Source of the DNA: the human T2T-CHM13v2.0 reference genome, Homo sapiens
Reading direction: 5' to 3' (one strand)
DNA length: 64,000 bases
NCBI RefSeq assembly: GCF_009914755.1
Contig: NC_060932.1
Shown: positions 55,450-64,000 of the stretch, one piece after another
Layout: each line of letters opens with the position of its first letter
How positions within the stretch are numbered: the stretch's first letter is position 1
Program-made: the position numbers and the translations under genes
Notes under the pieces: generated by a model
Told to the model about the DNA's origin: nothing
The model's input: the letters and a program-made list of their open reading frames with translations, nothing else
Databases searched by the model: none

Positions 55450-55770
55450 TATAAATATATACCTTTTTGTAACATTAGGCCATATTGTACCTTCTTTTGT
55501 ATTTTGTTTTTGCTAGCTTATTATTTTGAGCATTTCCCCATGGATTTTGAATTCTATCACTCAGTTTGAAAAACTCATGGAAAATATTTTTAGTGACTGC
55601 AAAGTATTTCATCATGTGGATAGGCCATAATTTAGTTTACTATTTCTTATGTTGGATTTTTTCAATTGTTTCCTTAACTTTTATAAATACTACAATGATG
55701 AAAAACATTTGCATAGACATTTTTCTGCATCGGTTTCCTATAGTAGATTCCTAGAAATAAAGTTCTTAAG
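55450..55770 (-). mobile_element. Ancient L1ME fragment
   Basis: gtgactgcaaagtatttcatcatgtgga...gtagattcctagaa are reverse L1 C-terminal motifs. Confidence 0.55.
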
Positions 55771-56367
55771 TACCTACTCTGTTTATCTGTGTCCCTACTT
55801 ATTATGGTAAAATACCCATCTCCTCTGGCTACAAGACTGGCATGTGTCCCAGACTGGGCCAATTATGATACCCATTCTTTTCACGACACAAACACATTCA
55901 GGAGCAGTTATGTGATCCAGACAGGGCCAAACAGCTTATTGATTGCGTATTGCAGGGCAATCATACCCCACCTTCCCACCCCCTCACCCTAGAGAATGTG
56001 AAAAAACCTAACTGTGGTAGGAAGTAATGAAATTAATTTGATGAGAGAGAGGCAAGGAACATCCAAATCTTCAATGCTTCCTAGCTTCACTTTTTCAAAA
56101 CAAAAGCACTTAAAAAATACTGTGTCAAGCTGGATTTAATATTTGACTAATACATTAGGCCTTGAAGAATATTAGGGCTATTGCATTAAATCTATACATT
56201 AGCTTGAGAACACTGAACACATTTAGTATTTGGCCTTCCTACTTGGAAGCAGATCATTTTATAACATGCATTAAGATTTTGTAATTTTCTCCATATATGA
56301 ACATATTCTTTATAAAGTATATTCTTAGGCATGCCATTTTTGTTGTTTTTTTAACAATGAGCTTTTT

Positions 56368-56867
56368 AAATTTGATCTCTATTGCTGCTGTAGCAAATTA
56401 CTACAAACTTAGTGGTTTAAAACAACACAAATTTATTATCTTACGGTTATGGAGGTCAGAAGTCCAAAAGGGGCCTCACTGGCGTAAGAGCAAGATGTCG
56501 GCAGGGCTGTGTTCCTTCTGGAGGCTCTAAAGAAGAAAATATTTCATTGCCTTTTATAGTTCCCAGATGCTGACCCCCTTCGATCTTCAAAGCCAGCAAT
56601 GTCCAGTTGAGCTGTTCTCATGATATCATCTCTCTGGTTCCGATTCCTCTCCCCCCAGTTCTGATTCCTCTCCCTCCTTCTCTATTTAAGAATGTATGTA
56701 AATTTACATTAGGCCCACCTGAATAATCTCCTTGTTTTAAGGTCAGCTAATCAGCAACTATATTCTACCTGCAACCTTAATTCACCCTTGCCATGTAACC
56801 TAATACATTCACAGGTTGTAGAGATTAGGATGTGGACTTTTGAGGTAGCATTATTCTGCCTACCACA
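56368..56867 (-). mobile_element. MLT1D-like MaLR LTR
   Basis: attgctgctgtagcaaattactacaaacttagtggtttaaaacaacacaaatttatt...ttattctgcctaccaca. Confidence 0.88.
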
Positions 56868-57089
56868 CACCTCACTATACATTTATATTTTCTACTTTAT
56901 ATACACATACAAATACACTTTTTTTTTGCTTTCACAGGAAAACTGCTCAATTGTGTCTCTACATTCTCTTGTGACACTGTCTCTCGGATGCATTGTCATA
57001 ATGCTTTCATTTCCATAATTCTACTAGAAACTTAGCTGAAGGTTATCAATTACCCACACTGTGCCAAACCTAAAGGTCAACAGAGAGTT

Positions 57090-57515
57090 CTCATCTGGGT
57101 AGGTTTACTGACATTTATGAAATCTGAATGTCTTTGCACAATGAAAGATTTTTTCTTGCTCACGCCACTGTTGTATGAAGGTTGGAGTAGGAGGAGGGCT
57201 GCTCCATGCCACCACCTTATGACCAAGTCCTTTCCCAGCAATGGCTTCATCATCCCCTAGAGCCCTAGAGTCATCCCCTGGATTCTTGGCATACAGCTGG
57301 CAGATGAGAGAAGAGAAAAATGAAGAAAATAGTGCAAGGTTTACTGTTTACAAAGGGGTTAGTGTTAAAAATGATTCGCAATATAGCTGCTACATTCCAT
57401 TGGGCCTAATTCAGTGTCATTGCCACACCTAACTGCTAAACATAATGGAAATTGAATCTAGCTCTATGGCCAGGAGGATAGGAAAATGGGAGCACATACC
57501 ACTGTCGCTGCCACA
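57090..57515 (-). mobile_element. Old MLT1 (J/K/L-like) LTR
   Basis: cattccattgg...gccacacctaactgc...tctagctctatg...ctgccaca terminus. Confidence 0.6.
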
Positions 57516-57754
57516 TTAACCAGTCACATGCATTTGATGCAGTTGCTTACTCTCTTTCTAATCCTCCACTAATTCCCTGAGACCAACCCAGGTAGTTCCT
57601 GTAAAGCTCAGCCAGTTTCAGAGCCAATATAATTTGCACTAAATTTAGGACATTTGTGATGATTTAGTTCTGTAGAGGCCTCTTATTTTCTCTCCCCAAA
57701 CTTCTACTTCATCTTATTTTCCATTCTTTATTAATGCTCTGTTCTTCCTTACTC

Positions 57755-64000
<6,246 letters not shown>

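Noticed and set aside
55800-55940. Possible old ERVL/MaLR LTR fragment (catgtgtcccag...ggccaa repeated)
   Set aside because: Too short and diverged to assign by eye.

Overview
This is AT-rich great-ape (probably human) genomic DNA. AluY copies and an L1 carrying the L1PA2-diagnostic GAG motif place it in that lineage. Roughly three quarters of the window is interspersed repeat: nested LINE-1 copies of many ages (L1PA2, L1PA7, L1PA8-10, L1PA15/16, L1PB, L1MA, L1MB/MC/ME, HAL1-like), ten Alus, MaLR LTRs (MSTB, THE1C/D, MLT1), ERV1 LTRs, a decayed ERV1 internal region with recognisable integrase and env remnants, L2, MIR and hAT MITEs. I find no host protein-coding gene, RNA gene or CRISPR array, and no convincing new biological system. 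The long ORFs with recognisable homology are L1, Alu or ERV remnants. The most interesting signals are fossil rearrangements: a twin-primed 5'-inverted L1PB with TSDs, an L1PA2 joined head-to-head to an older L1 at a homologous position with no TSD, an internally deleted L1PA15/16 that keeps both ends, and several templated-insertion scars resembling polymerase-theta end joining, one of them copied from about 650 bp away. Subfamily names come from remembered consensus motifs rather than a database search, and boundaries of old elements are approximate.
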